NCBI GenBank assembly: GCA_045863335.1 | Contig: BTVY01000019.1 | Span: forward strand, 47,039-111,038 | Direction: 5' to 3' | Length of the DNA: 64,000 bases | Source: Candidatus Hydrogenedentota bacterium | GTDB taxonomy: Bacteria; Hydrogenedentota; Hydrogenedentia; Hydrogenedentales; SLHB01 | Part shown: positions 17,583 to 26,844 of the stretch, piece by piece | Numbering within the stretch: the first letter of the stretch is position 1 | How the letters are laid out: each line of letters begins with the position of its first letter | The notes under the pieces: generated by a model | Databases searched by the model: none | What the model was told of the DNA's origin: nothing | Seen by the model: the letters and a program-made list of their open reading frames with translations, nothing else | Translations under genes and position numbers: made by a program

Positions 17583-18254
17583 TTGAACTTCGTTCGCATC
17601 ACCCGCATCGATGACCCGCTCTTTGGCAAGATGCATGCCCTCATGCAGGAGGTCTTCCCGCCCGAGGAAGTGCTGGAGTTCTCCGCTTGGGAAGGGCCTT
17701 TGCAGGATGACGGCCTGCGCGTGTGCGTCGCCGTCCACGACGGTGAAGTCGTCGGCGCGACGGAGTACCGCTACTACCCCGACCTGAACGTGGCTATGAC
17801 TGACTTCACCATCGTCGGACGCCCCGGACTCGGCATCGGCCGATTCCTCTACCTCGAACGCCAGCGCGACCTCGACGCGTGGGCCAAGCGCCACGGCCAG
17901 ACCCCCCTCGGCATGTTCGCGGAGATCTACGACCCCTACCGCGTCGAAGGGCACGCCTTCGGCGGCATCAAACCCATGGACCCCTTCGTCCGCCGCGAAG
18001 TCCTGTCTCACCTCGGCTACCGCCGCCTCGACTTCCCGTACATCCACCCGTCCTGGAAGAACAACGGCGAACCCGTCACCGAACTCGACCTCTGCTTCCT
18101 CCCCACCGACGACAGCCGCGAATCAATCCCCGCCGCGTTGATCGCCGAGTTCCTGACCACCTACTACGACATCCTCCCCAACAAGCCCGGGGAATGGCGG
18201 GCCATGGTCGACGCCCTGCGAACCCGGGAAACGGTCGCGCTCTTGCCGTTGTAA
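17583..18254 (+). CDS. GNAT-like acetyltransferase
   Basis: TTG start after GAGGAG; GRPGLGIGRFL acetyl-CoA loop; strongly C-ending codons. Confidence 0.75.
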   Translation: MNFVRITRIDDPLFGKMHALMQEVFPPEEVLEFSAWEGPLQDDGLRVCVAVHDGEVVGATEYRYYPDLNVAMTDFTIVGRPGLGIGRFLYLERQRDLDAWAKRHGQTPLGMFAEIYDPYRVEGHAFGGIKPMDPFVRREVLSHLGYRRLDFPYIHPSWKNNGEPVTELDLCFLPTDDSRESIPAALIAEFLTTYYDILPNKPGEWRAMVDALRTRETVALLPL

Positions 18255-18338
18255 ACGAGCTTTCTCCCCCGCCGTTTTTTTCGCGAAGGATTTCGGGCGC
18301 GAACTGCAATACTATGTAGAAAACAGCGGGGGGGCCGA

Positions 18339-18920
18339 GTGGAAGACGGCGACGCCAGCCAGAGACGGTATGACCGGAAGCTCGCGAAGGCGCTGCGAAA
18401 AGGGAGCGTCCGCGCTTGGCGGGAGTTCTATGCCTTGTACGCAACCCCGGTGTTCCGGTTCGTGCTTTCCCGGTCCCATGGGAACGCGGAAACGGCAAGG
18501 GACCTGGCCCGTGAAGCGCTGGTGATCGGGGTGGAGCGCATCGGCGACTTCGACTGGAGGAAAGGCGACATGTGGGCCTGGTTGTGCGGAATCGCGATGA
18601 ACAAACTGCGCGAAACGGCACGGTCGAAGACCCGCGACGGCCGCATCGCTGAGGGCATGGGCGATCGCGCGGCGAACCGCACCATGGACGCCTCGACGGA
18701 AAGCGCTTTGGATGTCGAGTACGTTCTTTCTACGCTTCGGCCCGATTGGCAGGAGGTGCTTGAACAGAAGTACGTCCTTGGCAGGAGCGTGCGTGAGATT
18801 GCCGAAACGCTGGAGACGTCAGAAAAGGCCGTCGAATCCCGCCTGACCCGCGCGCGCGACGCTTTCCGAGCGGCCTACAGCGCCTCATCGGGAGCGTCGA
18901 AAGGTGACGACCATGGATGA
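18339..18920 (+). CDS. ECF sigma-70 factor
   Basis: Region 2 (ARDLARE...WAWLCGIAMNK); region 4 (SVREIAETLETSEKAVESRLTRAR). Confidence 0.9.
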   Translation: MEDGDASQRRYDRKLAKALRKGSVRAWREFYALYATPVFRFVLSRSHGNAETARDLAREALVIGVERIGDFDWRKGDMWAWLCGIAMNKLRETARSKTRDGRIAEGMGDRAANRTMDASTESALDVEYVLSTLRPDWQEVLEQKYVLGRSVREIAETLETSEKAVESRLTRARDAFRAAYSASSGASKGDDHG

Positions 18921-21525
18921 TCTGCAAGACCTATTGCAGGGCACGAAACGTCCGCCTATTAGAGACCTGAATCGGGACTACCTGGACGCTGAAGTCAGGC
19001 CTCTGCTGAGATCCCGCCGGGCCCATACGCTGAGGCGCCGGGTCGTGTTCACCGTGGGTGTCGTCATCCTTTTGCCCGTGGGCGGCTTCTTCAGTCCTCT
19101 CTTCCTGGAGCGGCTGCCGCAGCCGGTTCTTGTCAAGACAGCCCAACTGCGAAACGAACTGCCACGGTTGCCAATCCCACCGATGGAGCTTGAGACGATA
19201 CCGTGGCCGTTTGATAAGCAGGTAGAGGATGCCGACGTATTTGTACAGGGACGCATCGAATCACTCGACTTCGTCCAGGAAGACTTGGCGAAAAAGGTGG
19301 TAGCCCTTTGTCCGCCGTCAGAACACATCCGGACGACGGTGCGACTGCGGGTTACGAAAAGTTATCCGGAGATCGATGCCGAAACCGTTACGTTTCATAC
19401 CCAAGTGTCCGTCGAGGGCCTGGATAATCTCTACATGGGCGGCGATTGCATCGTGCCGCTTGCCATCCGGGATGGGGAGTATTTTCAACCTTCTCGGGCG
19501 CACCTATTTCGCATCAATCCTGAAACCGGTCGCATCCCAGGGATAATGGACTACGGGCGAAACCTCACGGTAGATGAGGCATGGAAGATTATCCGCGACG
19601 TGTATGATGCAGTTCATAAGTACAACCAAGTGTCCGAAGAGACCATCGCCAAGTGGAAAGAACAACTCCACATTGGTACAGCAGCGCAGTGTATCAGCGC
19701 GATGACTTATTTGCAGACCTTGCCTTACCTTGAACTGTCGTCCGTCGAGTTGACGAGTGCGATCGAGCGCCTGTATCCCGGCGAGGCAGAAATATCCGTG
19801 GAGGAGGAGTCGCAATATTTGCACATGGTCCAGGCTGCTCTGGAATCGCTTATTCCGATTGCAGATTCGGAGAGTGTGGAGGCGTTGTTCAAGTTCTACG
19901 TGCGAGACCGCGATCGGCAGAGTCCAGTGTTCGATCGGCGAGGCCCGTTGGAAGATCGGTTCATCGAATTGTTCCTCCGTGTGCCGGATGCGGGGCGGCG
20001 TGAACGCATTATCAAGTTGCTCGGCGAGACGGGCGAAATCGTTGACGGGCTGAACTCCTGGCAGCACGAGTACGTGAGCGATGAGCACGCGCTCTTTGAT
20101 GTCATGGCCAAAACGCCGGGAGAAGATATCGACGCGTTGTTCCTGGAGATCATGAACGACCCCTCGGCGTTTGGAGTTGATGGCATCTATGATCTGGGAA
20201 ACCTCTGGATCGCCATGGGACGACGCGGCATGGCGGACCTGCGGCCGGCGCTTGAAGACGCGTTGGCGGAACCCGGCGAGATAGCCCGCGGGTTCGCCAA
20301 CCCGCCGGAGCCAAGTCACGTCGTAGATGCGGCGAATCGTGCGATGGGAGAACTAAATCGCAATCTGCCGAGCACCGAAAGTGATTTCGAACTTCTCCTC
20401 GCGTCATACGACGCGGGCGACACCGAATTGATCCACGAGATCCGCAGACGCTTCCCTAAGGATGGGCGTCCTTACAGCTACTGGCTGAAGACAGCGCCCG
20501 TTCGCGATGTTGCCGATCTCATTGCGCATAGCGCGCCGGACCCCTCCTTTATCCCACTGCTTACGGCTGCATTGGACGAGCCGGTGAACCCGCCGCTCAA
20601 TCTAAAGGGCACGCCGGCTTACTGGCAGGACTACAGTGAACGGGCGGCGATGCTGTTCGCGCTCTACCAGTGTGGCGCACGCGAAGATGCCGTGAAACGA
20701 GTCAGCGCATTGCTGGAGTCATTTCCGGCAGATGGTGAACCGGGCAAAAGTGACGAGCAGTGGCACTGGAACTTCGCGCAGTTCCGTTGGAGAGTAGAAC
20801 TGCTCAAATTGGCCGCGTATTTCGGTGACGAAGCGGCCTATCCCGTGGTCGCGTCGTATCTCGACGAGGAATCATTGGGATTGTATTATGGCATGCCGCC
20901 GACCTCCGGGGAGTTTGAAGGTGCGAGCAACAATGCCACCCGCCTTCACGCCGCCGCAATCGTTGCCGCTGCCAGAACGGGCAAGGAACAGGCCATCCCC
21001 CTCTTGCAGAAGCAGTTTGACGGTGAACGAAAGCGTGTCGCGGTTGTTGCGGCCATGGCGTTGTTATATCTCGGCGATCACCGGGGCGAAGAGACGCTGA
21101 TCGCCTGGGCGAATGGGGAAGGAGGCTTCCGAATGCCCCGTGTCTCCGTCACCGGCGAGTGGGAGGATTGGCCGCGCACGGTGTCTATGGAATCCCTCCT
21201 GCGCTCACCGGAAATTGACGCCTTCTACTTGGATGCGTTGCGGAGTGGAAAGCACCAGTTCGGACCGCAACTGATTGTGAAGAGTGGAATCGCGGAGGAG
21301 CGAAGGTCCGAAGTCCTACCGATTCTCGTCGATCTCCTGTCGAACCGCGATCAACTTCTCCGTGGTGATGCGAACGAAGCGCTCCGGCGGCTGACTGGCC
21401 AGGACTTCGGATACAACGGCCGAGAGGTCGTTACGCACCAGCAAGACGCCATTGCCAAATGGCGGGCGTACGTCGACGATCTGGTTGGCGGGCCATTCGA
21501 GGATGTGACATCGCCGGCTTCCTGA
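18913..21525 (+). CDS. Putative anti-sigma factor: single TM plus large alpha-helical (HEAT-like) exported domain
   Basis: Overlaps the sigma stop; short N-terminus then TM VVFTVGVVILLPVGGFF; C-terminal ANEALRRLTGQDFG...W HEAT-like motif. Confidence 0.6.
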   Translation: MDDLQDLLQGTKRPPIRDLNRDYLDAEVRPLLRSRRAHTLRRRVVFTVGVVILLPVGGFFSPLFLERLPQPVLVKTAQLRNELPRLPIPPMELETIPWPFDKQVEDADVFVQGRIESLDFVQEDLAKKVVALCPPSEHIRTTVRLRVTKSYPEIDAETVTFHTQVSVEGLDNLYMGGDCIVPLAIRDGEYFQPSRAHLFRINPETGRIPGIMDYGRNLTVDEAWKIIRDVYDAVHKYNQVSEETIAKWKEQLHIGTAAQCISAMTYLQTLPYLELSSVELTSAIERLYPGEAEISVEEESQYLHMVQAALESLIPIADSESVEALFKFYVRDRDRQSPVFDRRGPLEDRFIELFLRVPDAGRRERIIKLLGETGEIVDGLNSWQHEYVSDEHALFDVMAKTPGEDIDALFLEIMNDPSAFGVDGIYDLGNLWIAMGRRGMADLRPALEDALAEPGEIARGFANPPEPSHVVDAANRAMGELNRNLPSTESDFELLLASYDAGDTELIHEIRRRFPKDGRPYSYWLKTAPVRDVADLIAHSAPDPSFIPLLTAALDEPVNPPLNLKGTPAYWQDYSERAAMLFALYQCGAREDAVKRVSALLESFPADGEPGKSDEQWHWNFAQFRWRVELLKLAAYFGDEAAYPVVASYLDEESLGLYYGMPPTSGEFEGASNNATRLHAAAIVAAARTGKEQAIPLLQKQFDGERKRVAVVAAMALLYLGDHRGEETLIAWANGEGGFRMPRVSVTGEWEDWPRTVSMESLLRSPEIDAFYLDALRSGKHQFGPQLIVKSGIAEERRSEVLPILVDLLSNRDQLLRGDANEALRRLTGQDFGYNGREVVTHQQDAIAKWRAYVDDLVGGPFEDVTSPAS

Positions 21526-21569
21526 CCACCGACTACGCTTTGCCCTCGACCTCGCCCTAGCGGCGCGTG

Positions 21570-21731
21570 TGGAGTGCGGCCACGCCACGGCGTGGCTGCT
21601 TTCATGAAGCGGGCTTGCGGCGGCTTTACGGCAGGCAGGTGTGCAGGTTTAGACCGAATTGGCGTCGCGGCAACTTCTTAGGTGGATGAGAAAGGTCTTG
21701 AAACAAAGCAGTCCCAAGGGACCGCAGTCCA
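21570..21731. repeat. REP-like inverted doublet between convergent genes
   Basis: TGGAGTGCGG-hairpin-CTGCTTT ... AAAGCAG-hairpin-CCGCAGTCCA. Confidence 0.6.
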
Positions 21732-21747
21732 TAGGACGCGTTGCTTG

Positions 21748-23046
21748 TCAGCCGCAGAACAGGGACCGTAGGTAGGGATTCAGAAACACGCCGTTGGGGT
21801 CCAAATCCATTCGCACCTGCTGGAAGCTATGCCAATCGGGATACAGGTCCGCGAGTTCCTTGGCGGTGAGGTTGTGCATTTTGCCCCAGTGGGGGCGGCC
21901 GTCGTAGCGGCGGAAGATGCGTTCGCAGCCTTCGAAGTAGCGCTCGTGGGGCATGCCCTGGAACATGTGGACGGAGATGCACACGGAGTCGCGTCCGTAG
22001 CAGGGGCTCAGGGGGATGTCGTCGCCCTTGACGTAGCGGTATTCAATGGGGAAGTGAACGGCGATGCCTTCCCGTTCGATCCAGCTCTTGATGTCCTGGA
22101 TCGCCTTGGGTCCGTCCGCCATGGGGACGGCGTACTCCATCTCGTTGAACCGCACGTTGCGTTTCGTGGAGAGGACGCGGTGACCCACGTCGATCTCCTG
22201 CGTGTCCGCGATCTGATTCGCCATGAACCGGCACATGGCCGGGCAGCGTTCCGGCTTCTTCCGGCAGCGGCGGCTGATGATGCCGAAGGCGGTGTTTTCG
22301 AGAAGGGTTTCGGAGAACCACTTGCGGAACGCGTGTCGCATGAGCGGCTCAGTCGTCTCGTTCAGGAATTTGAGCTGGACCGTGTCCGTGTAGGGAAAGA
22401 GATAGAACTCGAAATGCCGGTTGGCTTGCGCGAAGGCTTCCCCTTTCTGGAGGGTCTCGTGAAAGTCGCCCTTCTTGCGCACATAGGCGAGCCGGTACAC
22501 GGGAACCAGCCGCAGTTTGACCTCCACGATAATGCCCAACGCGCCCAAGGAAACCTGCGCGGCCTTGAAGATCTCCCGGTTCTGCTCCTCCGAACACTCC
22601 ACCACGTCGCCCGATGCGCATACCAGGGTCAGCCCGATGACTTGGGTGGAAAGATTCCCGAAGGTCAGGCCGGTCCCATGGGTGCCCGTGCCGATAGCGC
22701 CGCCAATGGACTGGCGGTTGATATCGCCGAGGTTCTCCATGTGGAGGCCGTAGCGTTCCAGCGTGTCGTTGAGTTTGTATAGCTTCTTCCCCGCCATCAC
22801 CGTTGCCTCGCGGGTGCGGGTATCGACCTCCACCATCCCGCCGAGATGGTCGAGCGAAACGATGACTTGGTTCGTTTTAACGAGATCCGTGAAGGAATGG
22901 CCGGACCCCGCGACGCGGACGGTCTTCCCGTCCCGGGCCGCGGTGCGGACGATTTCTGACACCTCTTCGACACTGCGGGGTAAAAGAATGGACTCGGGCG
23001 TACACTGGACAGACCCAGACCAGTTGGACCAGAAATGCTTTTTCAT
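21748..23046 (-). CDS. FAD-linked aldonolactone oxidase (ALO/L-gulonolactone oxidase family)
   Basis: WSNWSG, GSGHSF (covalent FAD His), GTGTHGTG, EMEY, IEYR, GRPHWGK. Confidence 0.92.
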   Translation of the reverse strand: MKKHFWSNWSGSVQCTPESILLPRSVEEVSEIVRTAARDGKTVRVAGSGHSFTDLVKTNQVIVSLDHLGGMVEVDTRTREATVMAGKKLYKLNDTLERYGLHMENLGDINRQSIGGAIGTGTHGTGLTFGNLSTQVIGLTLVCASGDVVECSEEQNREIFKAAQVSLGALGIIVEVKLRLVPVYRLAYVRKKGDFHETLQKGEAFAQANRHFEFYLFPYTDTVQLKFLNETTEPLMRHAFRKWFSETLLENTAFGIISRRCRKKPERCPAMCRFMANQIADTQEIDVGHRVLSTKRNVRFNEMEYAVPMADGPKAIQDIKSWIEREGIAVHFPIEYRYVKGDDIPLSPCYGRDSVCISVHMFQGMPHERYFEGCERIFRRYDGRPHWGKMHNLTAKELADLYPDWHSFQQVRMDLDPNGVFLNPYLRSLFCG

Positions 23047-23234
23047 GGGAATCCTTTTCGATAGGGAACTGGTAAGCTTATCGCGCGGGCACCCTTGGAG
23101 TCAAATAAACCACGAGCGCTCCGGTCGGCAGAAAAACGTCGCAACTCATGGGAATAAAATGGCTTAGGATTGTGTCCCTACTCTGAAAAGGACACCATTG
23201 ATCTGTCCATTCCATGACAAGGAGTCTAAGTGCC

Positions 23235-24050
23235 ATGCCATCATGGTTTTCCAAGGTATTCAAGAACGACACGGGAAAGGCGAAGCCCATTGAGAACAGG
23301 CCGACCCGGGACGAACTGGTCGGGGGCATCGACCTTTCCGAGGACGACGAGGAACCCACGCCCCAGCCCGAACCGGCCAAACCGCGGCGCGTGGTCAATG
23401 CGCCGGTCCTGACCGACGACATCGAACAATCGAGCTGGAGCGCCGACATCCGCATCAAGGCGCGGGTTGAGAAGGGCAATGGCGCCTGTGTGTTTATGGT
23501 GGACCGTCCCGTGTTCGAAGGACATTCCGCTTGGTTCCCCAGCGCCGAACTGGCCGGGGAGTCGCCGCTGGCCCAGGCCCTGTTCGCGGTGGACGGTGTG
23601 GACTCGGTGGTCATCCACGACTTTACGGTGACGGTCCGGCGCAAACCGACCGTCTTTGGCGACTGGGACCAGATGGCCAAGGAGATCGGCTCCATCATTC
23701 GCGGGCATCTGCTCGAAGAGAGGCCGGTGGTGAGTGATAAGTTTCTCGCGGATCTCCCCTCGGAGGACACGGTCCGCGAAACCTTGCAGCGGGTCATCGA
23801 CACGGAGATCAATCCCGGCATCGCGGCCCACTCCGGGGCCATCAAGCTGGACCGGGTCGAGGGCAACACCGTGTACATCGAAATGATGGGCGGCTGCCAG
23901 GGCTGCGCGGCGTCGGACATCACCTTGCGGCAGGGGATTCACGAAGCCTTCCGCAGCGCGATGCCGGGCGTGGGCGCGATCCTGGACGTAACCGATCACA
24001 GCGCGGGCAAGAACCCGTTCTACAACGAATTGCCCGCGGGGATGCGTTGA
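23235..24050 (+). CDS. Nfu-type Fe-S cluster carrier (Nfu N-terminal scaffold plus NifU C-terminal domain)
   Basis: SPLAQALFAVDGV; INPGIAAHSG, MMGGCQGCA, DVTDH. Confidence 0.88.
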   Translation: MPSWFSKVFKNDTGKAKPIENRPTRDELVGGIDLSEDDEEPTPQPEPAKPRRVVNAPVLTDDIEQSSWSADIRIKARVEKGNGACVFMVDRPVFEGHSAWFPSAELAGESPLAQALFAVDGVDSVVIHDFTVTVRRKPTVFGDWDQMAKEIGSIIRGHLLEERPVVSDKFLADLPSEDTVRETLQRVIDTEINPGIAAHSGAIKLDRVEGNTVYIEMMGGCQGCAASDITLRQGIHEAFRSAMPGVGAILDVTDHSAGKNPFYNELPAGMR

Positions 24051-24051
24051 T

Positions 24052-24396
24052 ATGCCGAAACTCAATACCTTTGACATCGTCGTAAAGACCGGGAAATCCG
24101 GTCGCAACACGACACCGAAATGGATCATCAACGGGTTCACGGTGGAGTTCGATCAAACCAGCGGCGGCACCGGACCCGGCGAAATCTTCGAGGCCACGGG
24201 CAACCCCGGGAGTTTTCCGCATACGCTGTTGCTGAGCGGCCCGGAAGAAGGGACCTGGGATATCGAAGAGGCAACTGTGACCTACTACCCGAACGGCGCG
24301 CAACCCTACACGGTAAAACTGGGCGCGGTGTCCGTGGACGCCGAGTCCGACCTGAACATCTGGTACGAGCAGCCCCAGCCCGTGTTCGACGTGTAG
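24052..24396 (+). CDS. Small beta-rich hypothetical protein (possibly PLAT/LH2-like)
   Basis: Starts 1 nt after the nfu stop; normal codon usage; FDIVVKTG start and WDIEEATV. Confidence 0.65.
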   Translation: MPKLNTFDIVVKTGKSGRNTTPKWIINGFTVEFDQTSGGTGPGEIFEATGNPGSFPHTLLLSGPEEGTWDIEEATVTYYPNGAQPYTVKLGAVSVDAESDLNIWYEQPQPVFDV

Positions 24397-24421
24397 CCGC
24401 GCCGGAAAGGAGCGACAACCC

Positions 24422-24766
24422 ATGACGCAGGAACTGGCGAAGAAGAAATGCATACCGTGCAAGGGTGGCGTTCCGCCATTGAAAGGTTCTCAGCTCGAAG
24501 GCCTGCACAAGATGCTGGGGAACGATTGGCAGGTGGTGGAAGAGCACCATCTGGAAAAGGAGTACACGTTTCCGAATTTCGTCGAGGCTTTAGCGTTTAC
24601 GAATAAGGTCGGCGCGATTGCCGAGGAAGAGAATCATCATCCCGATATTCTCACGACTTGGGGTAAGACGAAAGTATCGATCTGGACCCACAAGATCGAT
24701 GGATTGACCGAGAGCGACTTCATCTTCGCCGCAAAGGTGGAAGAGGCGAGCAACGGATCGAAATAA
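24422..24766 (+). CDS. phhB: Pterin-4-alpha-carbinolamine dehydratase
   Basis: CIPCKGG, AEEENHHPD, WTHKIDGLTESDFIFAAK; RBS AAGGAG. Confidence 0.92.
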   Translation: MTQELAKKKCIPCKGGVPPLKGSQLEGLHKMLGNDWQVVEEHHLEKEYTFPNFVEALAFTNKVGAIAEEENHHPDILTTWGKTKVSIWTHKIDGLTESDFIFAAKVEEASNGSK

Positions 24767-24892
24767 GTTCTGTCCGCAGATGGCACGGATTGGCGAAGTT
24801 GAATCTGACAAGATGATTGTCAAAACTTGCTGATAATGTCCTCTTTTGAACTCATTAGAAATGTCCTCTTACGTACGGTGGTGTGAGAGGAC

Positions 24893-24914
24893 GGGGGAGG
24901 AACTATCCTCCCCC
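24893..24914. terminator. GC hairpin between convergent genes (terminator-like)
   Basis: GGGGGAGGA-ACTA-TCCTCCCCC; no strong U-tract. Confidence 0.4.
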
Positions 24915-24929
24915 TCCTACTCGATCGTC

Positions 24930-26177
24930 CTATTTGACGTTCAGTTGCTCCTGGGCCTTGCCCTGGGCGATGAGCGACACGTAGGACTCGAGTTCTTTGT
25001 CGGTCTTCGGGTCCGTGAGATCGATGGTCTTGCCGGTCTCTGCGGAAAGGTATCCCGCCTGGCACAGGCGCGTGATCTCGAGGCCGTATTCGAAGTTCAG
25101 CAGCGCGTCTTTGCCCTGTTTGAAGGCGGCGACGGCATCTTCGATCTCATCGAGGTATCCGTACAGGTCCGGCTCGTTCGGCTGGACCGTGAGCAGCCCG
25201 CGCGAAGCGGTGGCCTTTTCCAACGCCATCTCCGCATCGGCGCAAGCTTCGGCAGCCTCGTCGCCGATGAAGATCTCGAGCGGCGACTTGAGCGTATTCA
25301 CTTCAAATGCGTAGCCCGGTCCAAGCCCGTCCATCAGGAGGCGCAGCCCCTGCTTGTCATACATCCAGGAGTTGGTGAACTGGGCCTTGACGCGTTGGCC
25401 GGTATCCGGGTTCTCGAAGGTGACCATGCCGGTGGCGAAATCCTCCGCGGGCGTCTTGGTGTAGTCCACGCCCATGCGATCGAGCAGGCTCTTGCGATAT
25501 TTGGGCTGTCCCCACTTGAGAAGGCCGACTTCCGCGTTGATGGATACCGGCTTCAGGTAGTCCGGCGCAGTCCCGAGGGGATTCAAAACGAACCACGATA
25601 CCGCAATGCTGTGACATCCCATGTCCGACAATACGCCGCCGCCCTGCTGCGTCGGATCCCAGAACCAACCTTCGTGCGGTCCGCCATGTTCCTCTGCGGA
25701 ACGGGCGAGCGCGATGGGACCCATGGCCGCCTGTTGGGGGCCGAGTTGTTTCAGCGCGGACTTGATCGCCTTCATGTGGATCTGGTTTTCGAAGTAGGCC
25801 GTCGGCAGTTTGGTCTGTTTAGCGATTTCGACCAACTGTCTGGCTTCCTTCATCGTGCGGCCGAGCGGCTTTTCGCAGATGATGCCTTTCAGCGGCGCGC
25901 CCTTTTTCACCGCATCCGCAATTGCGTCCATGATTTCGATTCGCGCGAAGTTCGGCGCGACGATCGACACGGAGTCCACGTTGTTGCACAACTCCTCGAT
26001 GGAATCGAAGATCTCGCAGTCGCCGATCCCGTTGGCTTGCGCGTAGGCCTGCAAACTATCAGCACCCTTAGGCGCGAAGACACCGGCCAAATCGGCTACC
26101 CGGGTTGACTTGAGCGCGGCCGCATGAAAATGCGCGACAAACCCCGCCCCGATAAACCCCAACTTGAATGGTTTCAT
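24930..26177 (-). CDS. Gfo/Idh/MocA family oxidoreductase
   Basis: GFIGAGFVA, ICEKPL, GGGVLSDMGCH. Confidence 0.92.
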   Translation of the reverse strand: MKPFKLGFIGAGFVAHFHAAALKSTRVADLAGVFAPKGADSLQAYAQANGIGDCEIFDSIEELCNNVDSVSIVAPNFARIEIMDAIADAVKKGAPLKGIICEKPLGRTMKEARQLVEIAKQTKLPTAYFENQIHMKAIKSALKQLGPQQAAMGPIALARSAEEHGGPHEGWFWDPTQQGGGVLSDMGCHSIAVSWFVLNPLGTAPDYLKPVSINAEVGLLKWGQPKYRKSLLDRMGVDYTKTPAEDFATGMVTFENPDTGQRVKAQFTNSWMYDKQGLRLLMDGLGPGYAFEVNTLKSPLEIFIGDEAAEACADAEMALEKATASRGLLTVQPNEPDLYGYLDEIEDAVAAFKQGKDALLNFEYGLEITRLCQAGYLSAETGKTIDLTDPKTDKELESYVSLIAQGKAQEQLNVK

Positions 26178-26280
26178 TGTGGGAACCCCCTCGCTACGCT
26201 GTCCGAACCACTATCAAACAGCAACCCGGTCATTATAGCGACTGCATCCCTGCGACATAAAGCGCCGCCACCCCTCCCGG

Positions 26281-26309
26281 TTGCGCACCGCGCGGGACGC
26301 CGGTAGAAT
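26281..26309 (+). promoter_or_regulatory. Putative sigma70 promoter of the DUF2946-like/DUF1559 unit
   Basis: TTGCGC, 17 bp, TAGAAT. Confidence 0.55.
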
Positions 26310-26339
26310 GGCGTTTCCTTGTTAGCTGCGAGGAAGTCG

Positions 26340-26711
26340 GTGCGTATTCGATCGAAATCGTACCGCGCGATTGCCGCGGTGTTGGCGGGGTACACCCTGC
26401 TTGCCAGCGGCCGCGCCTTGATCCCCGGCCTGTGCGCCACCCAGGCCGCCGTGGAGTCGCGTCTCGCAACTTGTTGCGAGGCGCCACCCGCCGCAACTGG
26501 GGGAGCGCCGTCGTTGGATGCGCCACCGCCGGAGACGCGCGCGTGTGCGTTCTGCAACCTTGCGAAAGGGCTTGCCGAACCCGTCGCGCGCGTGGCGCCA
26601 CCGCAGCCTGCCTTCGAGGACTTGGCCTCCGCGCCATCCGTGCCACTCAGACACCCGCAAGATCCCTCCCGGGATACGACGCGATCCCGTTCGCCGCCCG
26701 CCCCTGCGTAG
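26340..26711 (+). CDS. DUF2946/CruR-like leader protein (signal peptide, CC, CxxC, C-terminal RSPP)
   Basis: GTG after GAGGAAG; basic then hydrophobic N-terminus; TCCE, CAFC, Pro-rich linker, ends RSRSPPAPA. Confidence 0.65.
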   Translation: MRIRSKSYRAIAAVLAGYTLLASGRALIPGLCATQAAVESRLATCCEAPPAATGGAPSLDAPPPETRACAFCNLAKGLAEPVARVAPPQPAFEDLASAPSVPLRHPQDPSRDTTRSRSPPAPA

Positions 26712-26844
26712 TTGGTGATACGAAATCTCATTGTGTGCGCTGACTGGATGTTGCCGCTGGAATCCCATGCCATCGGCGATGGAGCGCGCACGTACCAAAC
26801 AACGCATGAAACGCGCGGGTTTTCACCCGCCGCAGGAGCGCATC

